A DNA stretch of 64,000 nucleotides, from the NCBI GenBank assembly GCA_010015585.1, contig ML975150.1; one strand, given 5' to 3'. This stretch comes from Eremomyces bilateralis CBS 781.70. Its lineage: Eukaryota. Below are positions 23,601-36,517 of the stretch, piece by piece. The notes beneath the pieces are model-generated. The model was not told where the DNA came from. It worked only from the letters and a program-made list of their open reading frames with translations, and did not search any database. The stretch's first letter is position 1. Every line of letters starts with the position of its first letter. The position numbers and the translations under genes were made by a program.

Positions 23601-25377
23601 TTACCAACCGTCAATCTGAGTGATCTTGACACCAAGGCCACCTCGAGGCCTCAGCACCACGCTGCCCGATGCGGGAATAAGTTTGTATGCCGGATCCTTG
23701 AACCGCATTTCAAACCTTCCAAACCACGCCGCCATGACACAAGCGAATTCCGCTCGGGAAAAGTCCTTCCCAATGCAGCTGCGCGGTCCGTGGATGAACG
23801 ACATGAACGCATAATTGCTTTCCGCTCCGCCCGTGTTGGCCCGCCCCGGTCCCATCCACCGGTCCGGATTGAACTCGGCCGCATCGTCGCCCCATAAATG
23901 CTTGCTCTGGTTGATCGCCGCGGACGGGATCACGATCTGCGTCCCCTTCGGGATGAACGTCCCCAGGATGGTCGTGTCCCTGACCGAGATCCGACCCGTC
24001 GCAGGGACGGGACTGAGCAAGCGTAGGGTTTCATTGCAGATCGCGTTTAAATAGGGCAGATGGTCGATCTGGGTCGACGTGATCCCTACGTCCTCGGAAA
24101 GCGGGGGAAGCTGGCTTCGGATCTCGTCTCTCAATCGAGATTGAAGTTCTGGCTTCTTGCAAAGAGAATAGACCGCGAGTGTCAGCGCGTTAGCCGTCGT
24201 TTCGTGGCCAGCGGCGAGGAAGGTCATGAGCTGGTCCGCAAGGTTATCGTCCGAGAAGCCACCCGACTCCATCGCAATGGAAAGAATATCAAGATCAGTG
24301 GGGCCACCCTTCGCAATATTGACTTTCTTTTCCTCTATGAGCTGCTGAGATATCCGTCGAACCACCTTCGCTGCCCGAGATACAACGTTCTCGGTCGGGA
24401 TGATATACCGAAGAGGCGTTCTCTTGATCCGGTTGAGAATTGCCACAATGACCTTAGTCTTTCCGGACTGGCTAAACACAGCGGAGTAGGTTCGGCTCAG
24501 TTCATTTTCCGGATCCAAAATGGCATTGAAATCGTGGCCCATACCAGCAATTCCAATGATATCAAGAGTGCACAGGCTCGCCCATTCATTGATCATTTGA
24601 AATTGAGGGCTATCCTTCCCAGGAAGCTGAGAAGCATTGATGGCTGTGGTTATCGCCTCTGTACACTGCTTTGCTTTGCCCCAGAACGTAGGGTAGAGAT
24701 CTTTCACGTGGCGGAATGAGAAAGCTGGAGATAAAAGTTTCCTTTGCCGCTGCTGAAGTTAGATGCCTGCCAATCCTATGACAATGACTTGGTGGCCTGC
24801 ATAAATGGCTTACCTTATGTTCGTCTCCTTCTGCGATGAGGATGCCATTCCCCAACAGAACCGAAAGGATAGCACGGGCGATTCCAGGCTTTTCCCAATC
24901 ATAATTCTTGGTGACGAGAACCTCTTTCAGTGCCGCCGGGTTGGTAACCAGGACCGTTTCGGAGTTGAACGACATCCGGAAACGGACCAATCCCTCGTTT
25001 GGGATTTCGTTGACCCATTTGGATGTCAATTCGGTGTCGGGCTTCCGAAGCAAGTTCCAGAACTGGCCCATAAGGAAGGCATTGTCCTGAGATCCTGAGC
25101 ATCCATATATTTACTACGGCGCGCGCTCACATACCTTTGGTTCTGGCAGATGTCTTAAGGGACTGACCAAGTGGGGATATATGAGGACTCCGTATATGAA
25201 CACAAGCGTAAATTGGACGCTATATAGCCAGACAAACGACGCGATCAAGGATTGAACCGGCCAAAAACCAGGAACAACGTTGGTAACGACATAGGAACCA
25301 AGAGCACTGGTCAAGGATAATGGAACCACGACATTCAGGAGCGATCCCACCGAGCGTAGCCCAATTATAGAGGACAT
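23601..25377 (-). CDS. cytochrome P450 (CYP617-like)
   Basis: Exons 25377-25135, 25086-24814 and 24752/24749-23601. N-terminal TM anchor, AAGHETT, ETLR, FNPDRW and the heme motif FIHGPRSCIG. Confidence 0.93.
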
Positions 25378-26034
25378 GATGCTGATGCTATGGATATTTC
25401 ATAGGAGAAGAAAGGATGTCCACCGCGTTACCGTGGTGCCGTGGTGCCGTGAAGGTTATAAGATGTTCTGGAGAGAGCAGGCTGCCGAATTGCTCGATGT
25501 TGTCGCAATCCAACCCGTATCATGATTTGACTTTTCTTGCGCATGATTGGCTTGATGGCTTCACCTCAAACATGAGATGCATGCACGTGAGAGCCTCGGC
25601 TCGCCTCCCTGAGGTTGTTCCTACATGAGGTGGAGAAATCGGTGACGGGCATTCGGGAAATGAGGTATCGGAGCGATTCCGCCGATATACCACCGGCCGG
25701 GATGATCCCGAATTCCTGCACAACCTGAACTCTGAAGCCAATGACATGGGGGTGCTATTCTAATATCTAGAAGGTTGACGGTAACGCTATGGATATGGAT
25801 CAGGTCAGAATTCAGATGCTGATGATTGACCTGGAGACTGGATTATAGAGGGGCGGGGCCGTTGACTCGGAAATGTTTGCCGGGTCTTGCATTCGGCTAA
25901 ACTTCCCCAGACTATCGGGTAAACAGGTTCTACTTCTACTTCGTCGAATTTGATATCAAAAACAGAACTTCCCTCGAGAATGCTATTGAGACACTGGACA
26001 CCTTGAACGGCCAGTTGGTGCTCATCACACAACC

Positions 26035-26577
26035 ATGGCCTCCCCATCCGTCGAACCGTCCGACATCCCCATCCCCACCGGTTCTGACTCCGCCTGCTTC
26101 ACCCACATCTCCAATCAAATCGCCCTCCGCGTTCCCCTCTCCCCCATCTACCACCTCCTCCTCTCCCCGCCCGCCCTCCGCCTCGTCCATGCCTCGCCCG
26201 GCCTGATCCGCGCGCACCTCATCCTCGGCCCTCAGCACCTCAATGCCGGCGGCTCCCTCCACGGCTCCGCCAGCGCGACCATCGTCGACTGGGCCGGCGG
26301 CATGGCGATCGCATCGTGGGATCTGCGGTCCGGCACCGGGGTCAGTGCGGATATCCATGTCAATTATATCGGCGGGGCGCGGGAGGGAGAGACGGTGGAG
26401 ATCGAAGGGCGGGCGGAGAAGGTGGGTGGGGGGTTGGCGTTTACGAGCGTCAGGATTGCGAAGGTGCGGGAGAGGGGGGAGGTCGGGCCATTGGTCATCA
26501 CGGCGACACACACGAAGTATGTGAGAGGGACGGCGCCGGTGAGGAAAGATGTGGCGAGTGTGGAACCCTCGGCTTAG
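26035..26577 (+). CDS. PaaI/THEM2-type hot-dog acyl-CoA thioesterase
   Basis: HLNAGGSLHGSASATIVD, GVSADIHVNYIGGA, KVGGGLAFT and THTKY. Confidence 0.9.
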   Translation: MASPSVEPSDIPIPTGSDSACFTHISNQIALRVPLSPIYHLLLSPPALRLVHASPGLIRAHLILGPQHLNAGGSLHGSASATIVDWAGGMAIASWDLRSGTGVSADIHVNYIGGAREGETVEIEGRAEKVGGGLAFTSVRIAKVRERGEVGPLVITATHTKYVRGTAPVRKDVASVEPSA

Positions 26578-27020
26578 CCCTTGGGTGTTCGTGGGTGTCT
26601 TTTTTCGATCAAGGCTCACCCTTCGGCCTTGTTGTAGGGCCATTCCTGGCGTCCGGAAGGCTTGTGGACGCATAACCAACCTGCTATCCCCTTCGCCCTC
26701 GGCATGTCGAATGGATAAATACATAGACTCGCGATTGGTGCTAGATAAACTTCCTTCTGTACTTTAGAAACCTTTGCATGAACCCCAAAGCAGTTCTGCG
26801 GTGGTGCTTAAGAGGGATACACGGGCGACAATGTCAAGTCCGCACGATTCATAAAACGATACTCTTTCCATTATCATTCCCTCTTCAATATCATACAAAC
26901 GTGCTGGTACCTCACACGCATTGAACACAACGGGTCCGTGTATAGGCCGCAAGTGGGCTATGTGCGCCGATTCAGGCCGACGCTCAGCACCGGTGACTCC
27001 AGCAGACCACACAGTGCCAA

Positions 27021-30000
27021 TCACTGGGTCACGGCTCTCAAAGCTTGCAACATTACCCCAAAAACCAACCCTCTAGCAACCTTGTCGATCATTAGACTGT
27101 CGAATACTCGACTCACAGCCTCTTTGGTAGCGGCCAAGCCCATGACACCCGTTAATGCCGCCGGCATGCCCCTCGCCTCCAGCAATTTCCTCGCCTTCTC
27201 TCTCAGTTTCCGCTTTTCGTCCTCATTTAACGGCGGCGGCCATGCGGCCAGCTCCTCCTCGGTCGGCAGGCTGTTCTCCCGGAGCTTGCGAATGTGGGTT
27301 GCGATGCCGGCGTCCGAGGTGTTGGATTCGATGACGGTGGACTGGACGAGCTGGCGGATGGAGTCCACTTGCGGATTGCCCGGCCGAAGGAGGAAGGACT
27401 TGGCGGCACTCAGAAGGGTACGTCGGAGCGTCCACGCCGAAGAGAGGGAGTAGAAGCTGGTGATCATGGCGAAGACTAGTTCAATGGTCATTTGTGTTTC
27501 TTGCTCCGACAAGGGGACGGATTTCTTCTGAGGAATGTCGGTTCGTGGCTTGGCGCTGGAATCCGCGACATCATCTTCTGGACCCAATGTTGACTGCTTG
27601 GACAGAGAAGGTGACTGAGGTCGAGGCGGTTTGGGTGGTGGTGATTCGTATTCTTCAGTGATATTATAATCGTCCGGGATGGCCGATGGTGGCGGTGGAA
27701 GAGTAAGGATCTGATCGCCTCCCAGTATTGGAGTGGCGCCGTCCATACTCTGCCGCACGGAGGACCTGCCGCTGTTGGTCTGGCTTGAAACCGGTGGTCG
27801 TGATCGTGCCGAAGTGGCAGAGCGAGGCGCGACACTGCCTTCGGTAGGATAACTGGATTTGCGCTCCATTGGAGGTTCTGGGCCCGGTTGCGTATCGATG
27901 ATCTTGCGCCCAGTCGATGCCGCCATTTTGGTCAAGGAATCCTCGCTCTTCCGACCGCCTTGGGAGATGTAGACACTCGCTTCAGAGCGAGGACTGGAGA
28001 TGGGGGACGAGGTGCTCTGTCTAGCTGAACCCGGTGGTTGGCTGGAGATAGATGTAGAGCTCCGTTTGGATGGGTGACCTCCAGTAAACACCCCTGTTAC
28101 GCCGCCCAGGAGAGCCTTTCCTCCTCCTGCGACCTCTTTGGGCGCCTTCGTAAGTGCATCTATCATTCCTTTCCCCATGGTCTCAAAAGCTGCTGGACTG
28201 GGCCAGCCGAGGCCAGCAAATTTGGTCTGGCTTCCGGCACGGCTCAGAGCTTGGTCCTTCTCCAAGAATCGTTTCATCCCATCGCTTTCGGCAAGCGATC
28301 GAAATCGGACCGCGTCCGTGAGATACCGTTCCAAAGATTCACGGAGTTGCGCCTTCGTCCTGCCTTTCCAAGTCGGTAGCTGAGCATGCGCCTGTGAAAA
28401 CTCAGGAACGCCGGAGATTACTGATATTCTTTTGATAACCTCGTGAAGGTTCTCAAAATCGGCGTATTTTCTTATGATCATCCATCCTGGATAGTGCGAG
28501 GTCCGTGGCTCGATTTGTATTAAGTAGTCTGCTGTTGGTTTCGTCTTCAATGCAAGTCTAGATTCGCGATCTCCGGCGACAGAATCATCAAATATCGTGA
28601 CGATAGCTTCATGCAATGTTAATGGAGCTGGTTGAGCTTTGGCACGCTCGGGAGAAGATGCTAAAGCTGTAGGAACTTGGTTCGGAATGAGTTGATCGAA
28701 ACTCGTAAAAGCTGCTTTGGATGTGTCGACGATGGACTCGGAGGATGAATTCGCGTGAACAGGTGGATCGACAGATTGTCTTGATTCCGACATGGTCGTC
28801 AGGTCATGCGAGCCGCTTTGAGAAGAGGTCGGTGTTACAACAGCTTGTTCATTGCTTTCAGATGCATCATCAAATGAGGACGCGATGGATGCGGACATTG
28901 AGTGGCCGTTCGAGTCTTTGGGCCGCTGCGGAAGGGGTGGCGAGATTTTCTCATCAGGGTTGCTGGTAGAAGTGGTGTTCGTCTGAGAGGTTTTCTGCGA
29001 TTGGTCTTGCTCTTCCCGTGCCCTTCGGGCGTCCTCCTCCTGGATCATCTGTGTCAACCTTTGTGCCTCCTGCATAGCGTCGTCCATAGCTTCTTGGGCT
29101 CTGCTGACTACCCGCCGATGGTTTGCCCGCTGCTCATGTTGTTTCTTCTTCATTTCTACGGTCTGAGATTCTTGAGGTGAGGTGATATCACCAGGCCGTG
29201 CCGACTCCGCCGCTTCTTGAACAACATCATTCAAAGGACTCTCCAGCTCCTTCATAGACTCGGGCTGCCCTTCCTCAAGCAGGTACACAATCCAACCATT
29301 AATAAAGTCTTCGGTGGAACACTTTTGGACTGTGACCTCCAGTATTAATTTGGCCAAGACTTCGCGCAGAAATGTCTTGACTGGTCTGCAATTAAAGGAC
29401 TTTGGATCTAGATAGCATTCGAGGATGTCTTCGGCTACGATGTCGAGTTTTCGTCCCTGTGACTCCGTATCGATCAAATTTGCCAAGTTACTGGTCGGTT
29501 TGAGTTCGAGGTAGGTTTCGATGGCTTCTAACGTTGAGCTGTTCGGACATGCTGATACAGCAGCCATCAGCTCTTCGAGATAGACAACGACGATCGAGGA
29601 GGAGTTCGTGAGGAAGTTCAGGAAGGTATCTTCAGGTCGTTTGCGCCAGAGATGGGTCGACATGGAATTGATGAAAGCCACCAGCGTCTGCTCACATGAT
29701 GCAGGAAACGACTCTTCCTTCGGAAGAATCGGGGAGTACCACCATCTAATAGAGTCAGTCACGCTATCTCGTCGGGGGATTTCCGGGGCCATACTTCACG
29801 TAGTCCCGTACCACAGCATCTGTGAACTCGGTCAGAGCAGCGGATGTCTCCGGCCTGAAACTCGAATAATCGAGTCGGGTCCCTGAAAGGAGTTGCAAGT
29901 CTGCCATAGACTGCGAAGGCTTCTCCGCATCTTCATCTCCTTTCCGGTCCCTGCGCCATTCCAGCACTCGTTGAGCGACGTCGAGAGCCACCTCTCGCCG

Positions 30001-30342
30001 CCTCTTTTCCTCGCTGGCCGCATCTTTTGATATATCCAAACCACGGATCGTTCCATCCCATGTGGCATGTAGTGCGACGCCTCCAACTACCCCGATCAGC
30101 ACCAAGCCCACACGTCCTAGAATAAAGTAGGTCGTTGCACTAAGGCCGACGAGGCACGCGCCGAGAGTCTCATTGGATGCGGTGGACAGAAACTCCAAGG
30201 CTCGGTCTGCAATCGAAAGTGCGGTGATGCGCAAAGAGGGTAAAGGTTCGGTGAGTGCGGCGTCCTCTCCTTTGATCTCCTCCGATGGAGAACCGTCAGG
30301 AGTCTTCCTGCCGGAGGTCCCGGTCTCCGGACTATCGCTCAT
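27021..30342 (-). CDS. PXA-PX-Nexin_C sorting-nexin-like protein
   Basis: Exons 30342-29795 and 29745-27021 (intron GTATGG..TAG, reading VVRDYVK/WWY). N-terminal TM pair, PXA region, PX motif GWMIIRKYADFENLHE, and C-terminal YSLSSAWTLRRTLL. Confidence 0.88.
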
Positions 30343-32291
30343 GTTGGAAGGGATAAAATGGCATGAGGGGGCCTTGTCGCTTGATCGATGAGGCTGCTAC
30401 CCATCCATCGTCTATCCAAAAGTTGGAGGATTCGTAACAATAGTAATGGACACCAGACTGTTTCACGGTGTGATATTGAGGCGGTTCTGACGGGCGGTAC
30501 GGACCACACCGTTGCCAAGCTCGAACAGTTGAATCTTAGTTTCTAACGGAGGAGATACATCAGCTCAACGGCGCCAACATCGACCTGTAGGCAAATATTC
30601 TCCTTTAAAGTGATAAGAGCTCTCCTGATAAAACAATGTTATAGCAAAGATGCCTTAGGATTCGATGTGTATGCTGAACGCTGATTTCATGGGAACAACT
30701 TCTCTGTTCTATCCCTGGATCATGCCCTGGATGGTATGTGGAGCCGCATCACGTGCATCGAGTCCTTAAATGAACTTGAATTGAGAACTGAACCCGGTCA
30801 CTGGGATAAATCTTGCGCTCCAAGATACCTCCGCAAGTTCCCAGCCATGAATGTACGAAAATGAGCAGGATCCTAAACTCCTGATCAAGAAATCATTGCG
30901 ATCCAGGTATCCAACGTCGGAATGTCGTTATGCAAATTGAACGTGCGAGAAAGAGGGTGAAAGAGGTCGTGATGGTTCTTCTCACAGCAGTATCAGGATA
31001 CCGTTACCTCAACACTCACTGGAAGTGCATCATGGATCTCAATAGTTGTCCAAATCCTCACTCTTCCATATACTGGGCAACTCTATACTTTTGGATCCTA
31101 GCTCCTCGACGCAGTTGATAGTCCAAGGTATGGTATGTAGCCTCTGGGGTTACGCGTGAGGAAGTCCAAATTCCTACACTAACAAGTAACAACTGGGCAT
31201 TTGCAGGCTTGACGGTGGAGATATTCCTCCTCTTCCTAGCCTTTCCATGTGAAAATAAGCAGTCAAGGTCCAAGGGGAAACTGGAGAAGCCGTTCTAGCT
31301 TTACCCAGTGATAGAATGAAGTGAAGTCACCCTGACTCAAGTCCCTGCCATGTGAATCCCGAGTTCCCAACGGATCTGACACTGACTTGGGGTCTCCCAG
31401 TCGATCTCCCAAGACCCGGGGGCCAGGAGGCCAGGACTCCAGGGGTTCCGCCCCCAACGGACAGGAGGAGTGGAGGCCTTATTCCGTATTCCGTACAAGT
31501 TCTACTACTACTTATCAGGCCATCAAGGTTCCCGACTCCCTACCCCATGCTTTTTGCCATTGTATTCCAATTCCGGAAAGTCGTCGAGCCTCCGAAACTT
31601 CAACGTTGACAACATCTACAGGCCAATCAGGGAAGTTCCTTGGGTTGAATCTCACGATTCATATGTTTGGCACGTGAACATTGGACAATCTGGTCTGGTC
31701 TGGTCGCCGTCGTCGTCTGTCGGGTGGCTGGCCAGGACCATGGCGTTGGGTTTCCGGATGCGTGTCCTAGGAGACGGAAGTACATGACTCAACTGCAGTC
31801 TGCAGGGCTTGACTTGAGAACATCGAACGGGCAATGGGGAACTAGAAATGGCTGGGCGGTTGGTGGGCTGGGGAAGGGAAGCGGTGGGACGGGAGCGGAA
31901 AGTTTAGTGCGATTGTCCATGTGGGCTCCACAGTGGAAGTATGTCTGATTAGGATAAACCATTACTCATGAAAGGAGAAATTGATAGGATTGGCGGGCCG
32001 TCAAATAAATCGAGTCAGGCCAGACCATGTTCCTCGACATCATAGCATGGCACTTGGAAGCATTGCCGTGACAAGGGTGTTTGTAGACTTGATGTTTACA
32101 TAGTACGCCTTTTACGGAGTCCATTACGTAGTATGGAACAGTGAGATATCAGATGTTCAAGGGAATATGGATCCTGTCGCGATACGCGATAATAGGTGGT
32201 GTAGCGAAACAATCAAGACCGTGGACTTCTAGGACCACCTAAAAGCTACTCGGTCATGTGAGGACTTACTCTATATAGTTCCCAGATCCGA

Positions 32292-33639
32292 TTACAATTT
32301 CGTGCCCCCTTCGATTCTCGGCCCTGCTACCAATCGATTCTCGACCCTCTCCAACCTCCACTTCCCATTCCTCACCCACTCCACACACCTCCTCCACGGC
32401 CCCTCTGTCATACCGCCCCCAGCAACCCTCCTAATCACCCCATCCCCATCTGCCTCTCTCCCATCATATACCTCCTTCACCAGCTCTTGCAGCATCCAAA
32501 CCGCATGGGGGATAACCGCTCTCTTCCCTCTTGCCACCAGCCCCTCTGTCCCACTCCTCAACTCAAACGCCTGCCATCCCACCGCCCTGGGCAACTCCAC
32601 CCAGCCCTTCCGCGCCTCAAACGGCTTCCCCTTTCCGCCCTCCAGAAACCTCGAAACTTGCTCGCAGCTCTCCGCCAACAGCGGCAGATAATCTCCAAGC
32701 CATAGCTCCAAAAGCGGCACCAGCGTCTCCGGCAGCTCTGTATCCTCCGGCACACTCGCATACTCGTTCACCCATTCCCCCTTCTCGTCCAGCGTGACCA
32801 CCCCGCCGTGCGCCGACCCCGCGCGTCCCATCCCGCCGACCCGCTCGATCCATTCAAACACCAACGGCGCTTGCGTCTTGAGGATGAACCCCGGGACCGG
32901 GTTGCGAGAGAGGTGCGCGTAGAACGGCGCGTACACCGCGAAGTCCGCTAGCGAGATGCGGTCCCCGAGGAGGAACCGATGGTAAGCGAGATGTGTTGAG
33001 AGCAGCGCGAGGGTGTGCAAGAACTGCTGGCGGATCGCGGGCGCGGTGGTGTCGGTGATGCCGAGATTCGGGAGCACCAGCGGAAAGTTCGTCCATCCCT
33101 GCTGGTCCGCGCCCATCTTGGCTGCCATGGTCGCCTTCTTCCCGCCCAAGATCGTGTCCCCGAGCTCTGTCATGATCCACTCCCGCTGCTGGTCCAGCAC
33201 GTCCTTCTGGCCCATCCAGAACCGCCCTTGGATGTTCAGCCACTGGTCCGCCAGCAGTTCCACCCACGCGGCGGTAAACGCCAGCGCGGACGAGGACACG
33301 GGTATCACGCTGTGCTTCAGGTCCCGGTGGTGCTCTTCAAGGTATCGGATCATTCCGCGGGTGTCTTGAATCGCCTTGGGGACACTGCGGGCTTGGGAGC
33401 GGGGGAGGATGAGGATCGGGATGAAGTTGGTGCGGGTGAGGGGGCGGATGACTTCGGCATAGACACGCTGGGAGGCGAGGGCCTGGACGAAGGGGATGCC
33501 TTTCCATTGGAGGTAGGCGCGAATTCTGGTGGGAAGGTTAGTGAAGCAAATTTGGGGGGAGTACTACTCCGTACTTGGCTGCGAAATAGCTTAGCTCGGA
33601 GCCGACGAGGACGTAGGTGTTTTCGTCGACGGCACTCAT
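32292..33639 (-). CDS. glutathione S-transferase-fold protein (bacterial-like subfamily)
   Basis: Exons 33639-33575 and 33525-32292, 432 aa. Motifs SYFAAK/IRAYLQWKGIPF, IQDT..MIRYLE and FLLGDRISLADFAVYAPFYAHL. Confidence 0.85.
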
Positions 33640-36460
33640 GGCTGGATACTGTTCGCGGTCTGCAACTTCTCTAGGTAAGATGCGGGATTTAGGTTCTGTG
33701 CTGTTCTCTCTTCTCTCCGGGATCCTTGGCTAATGTGACTATTTGCGAGAACCCCGTTGATCGCCTCATTCCCAAAGTCCTCAGAGCATAGAACCGATAG
33801 TTCTGTATAGTCCAGTATAAGTAGCAGCATTGGCCCATTGTAGTGGAACTGGGGAGAAGCTGTACGGAGTAGATTGGTCGTGCATGAACCGAGGCGATTC
33901 TGGGTGTCACTTCCACCAATCATGCGTTCGACCGCGTTTGGTTTCAGTATCCTTTATTTTGACTGAGTAGCGGTACCAGGCTTCGGTCTTTCGAGGTAGT
34001 TACTCAACGCGCTCATGACGACCATTTAGTGGTCAGTCCGTCCCCGTTGCTGAGGGCATGAGCTCTGCTGCGCGGAGCATACAGGGCGACTAGTATCTCC
34101 GCTTGTTCGACTTGACCGGTTCTAATGTAGTGTCAGTCCTAAGGAAGAGAAGTGGCATGAATTGAGCACAAGTCAGTGAAGTCATGTCATTTGAATGATT
34201 GCCAGTATGAACGATACCAATCGTGTCTCGCACGTACATGTGCCGCGCAACTGAACCGCTGAATACTGGACCCCAGCCAGGATTATTGACTCGGTCCATC
34301 GGCCGGATGCAGGAGTGGCTGACTTTTGCATGAAGTGAAACTAGGGTCCCACGTGTAAAGCCACGGAAATCGGTGATTGCTGAATGCTGACATGCGATCA
34401 TCATGTCCCTAGCTAAAAGTTTGCTTGCTGTAATTGAGCTTAGAGCGGGATAGCGAGTGCAACCGGTCAGCGGCATCACTATGCAAATCGCTTACTCATT
34501 GTCTCCTTCTTTTAGGTCTGCCCATAAAATAGCGGTCTCAAATGGAACTCCGCGGTGATGGACCTTTACTATGTCCTGAGTACTCTTTGCTGATCTCCAC
34601 TTCTCCAGGGCAGTGACGGACACTAATAGAGGTACCCCAACGTGGAAATTCATGGTTGACAGTTGATAGTTGTGAGTTGACAATTGACATATGACATTCG
34701 TGAAAACCTGCGTGTGGGGAAGATAGAAAATCTCCATTAATCTTCGGGCCCCAAACTCTGATCGTTTAGGGAAGCTGCATAGTGCATACGAACCCGAGAG
34801 GACCGTTGCATTGACATGGTACTAGTTACTACGCGATAAACTCAAAATAGCCAGGGACAACGTGGAAGATCGGGATGGATGGTTATCGGTGCTTCCACCA
34901 ATCTTCTAGAAATTGACAAAGCTCGCTCCGTAATTTGGATGTTTGAGAATATCGTCCAGGATCCTTGCGACTGTCGCGCTGCGGACCTGCTGCTGCACCG
35001 CCTCGGGAGTTGACGCGACGGCGAGGCTCACCATTCGCGATAATTTCGGATTAATGGGGCCGAGGACCATGACTTGGAGACTGGAGTGCACCGAGTGTCA
35101 AGCATTGACTGCATTCACAAACTTTCCTACTTCCCAGCCTCCCCCAAATGAGGTGGTTTGGCAACTGTACAATGTAAATGATGGTTTTAGGGAGGAAAGT
35201 GCGTGAATTGCCATGGTCCGAGGTAGGTTCGTTTGTGTTGTAAGCTCCATGATTTATCTCGTGAGAACCACAGCTTAATACATACGTACGGTAAGTCAAT
35301 ATGAGACAGTTTCACCACGCAAATGACGGCATATCTAAGACGAGAGAAATGGAAATTTTGACGACCGAATGCAGTAAAGTGTACGAGCTGAGAGAAACTA
35401 GCCTTCCACTGATTTGAAACCCAACCAGATCTCACCGACGTGGGAGACATGTATATTGCGTGGGAATGTAGGATGTGGGATGACCGAAAAAGCAAAACAA
35501 CGATCAGGATAGGAGATTCATTCCCACGGACTTGGGACAGCGACTCGGCATTCATGAGGCTGAGATGGTCTTCAGTGGAGCGAATAAGCCGGATGGCCCT
35601 TCAACGATCCGACTCTCTGGGTGATGGCGGTTTGCGGGTGGGAACTGGGAAGGTCGCATTAGTAGCGGCAGAGATATGGAGACTGCAGTGGAGAGTCAGG
35701 ATCATGATTCGTTTAGTTCGTATGGAATCAAAGGCTGGCTTGATGGTTTTATCCCCAAAGTCCAAGGGGGTGAACGCCGTTTCTCGGGGAGCCGTTCCCC
35801 GTTGCTGTCCGGTGCGTATCCGCTTCCGTTTCTCGTTCCACCAACGTTCCTAAACGGTTCTCGAATCTCGAATTTGATACCAGGGCAACAATTCTAGGAC
35901 AGACTCGTGGCTCAGGCTCTCTGTTTCACTCTCAAATCGTCAAATGGAACTCCACCATTCCCCCGTTTCACGAAGATCAGCAGCCGCGCTACCGATATTG
36001 GGTGTGTCCAGGCAACCAGAGAGTGTCAAAACTCCAAACTTTCGAAACTTTAGGGGTATTTTGACTTTTGAGAATCTAACTGTGTTGGACAAGGGTGCGA
36101 TGTATTTCCTGGGGTTGGTTACAGTGTCAGAAAGACGAACAGGTCGTGTCAGAGGGATAGAAAATCTAAGGATGACTGCTGGCATCACTACCGTCCCTAT
36201 ACCTTGGTGCCAGGGCCGACTGTATGTTTGTACTAGCTGTCAAGTTGTACTGAAGCCTGAATGAAGTCAATTGCAGACAATATTAAAAAGCCACGGGCCA
36301 GTGATCTCAGGCAAGCAACAAAAGCTCTCCTGGGATTAGTGGCTGGCGCCTGGATGCAGTGGCGAGTAGGGGTTCTGACTCCTCAATCCTCGATCGGCAT
36401 CTTACCCAACACACGTTGCAAAATTGCAACAAAATATGCCTCTCCGTTCCCGAAACCTTA

Positions 36461-36517
36461 CTAACCTGCTTCGATGGCTTTAACCTGCTTCGGTGGCTCT
36501 AACCTGCTTCGGTGGCT
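36461..36517. repeat. 19-bp tandem repeat x3
   Basis: ctaacctgcttcgatggct / ttaacctgcttcggtggct / ctaacctgcttcggtggct. Confidence 0.9.

Noticed and set aside
30770..30820. TGAACTTGA...GGATAA resembling a TPP riboswitch core
   Set aside because: Lacks the contiguous TGATC..GGATAAT..C stem and the upstream GCTGAGA, and there is no thiamine gene nearby.
30600..31950. Short ORFs in the PX-GST intergenic region
   Set aside because: Frequent stops in all frames and no recognisable homology.
36461..36517. CRISPR-like repeat
   Set aside because: No spacers, eukaryotic context and no cas genes. It is a simple tandem repeat.
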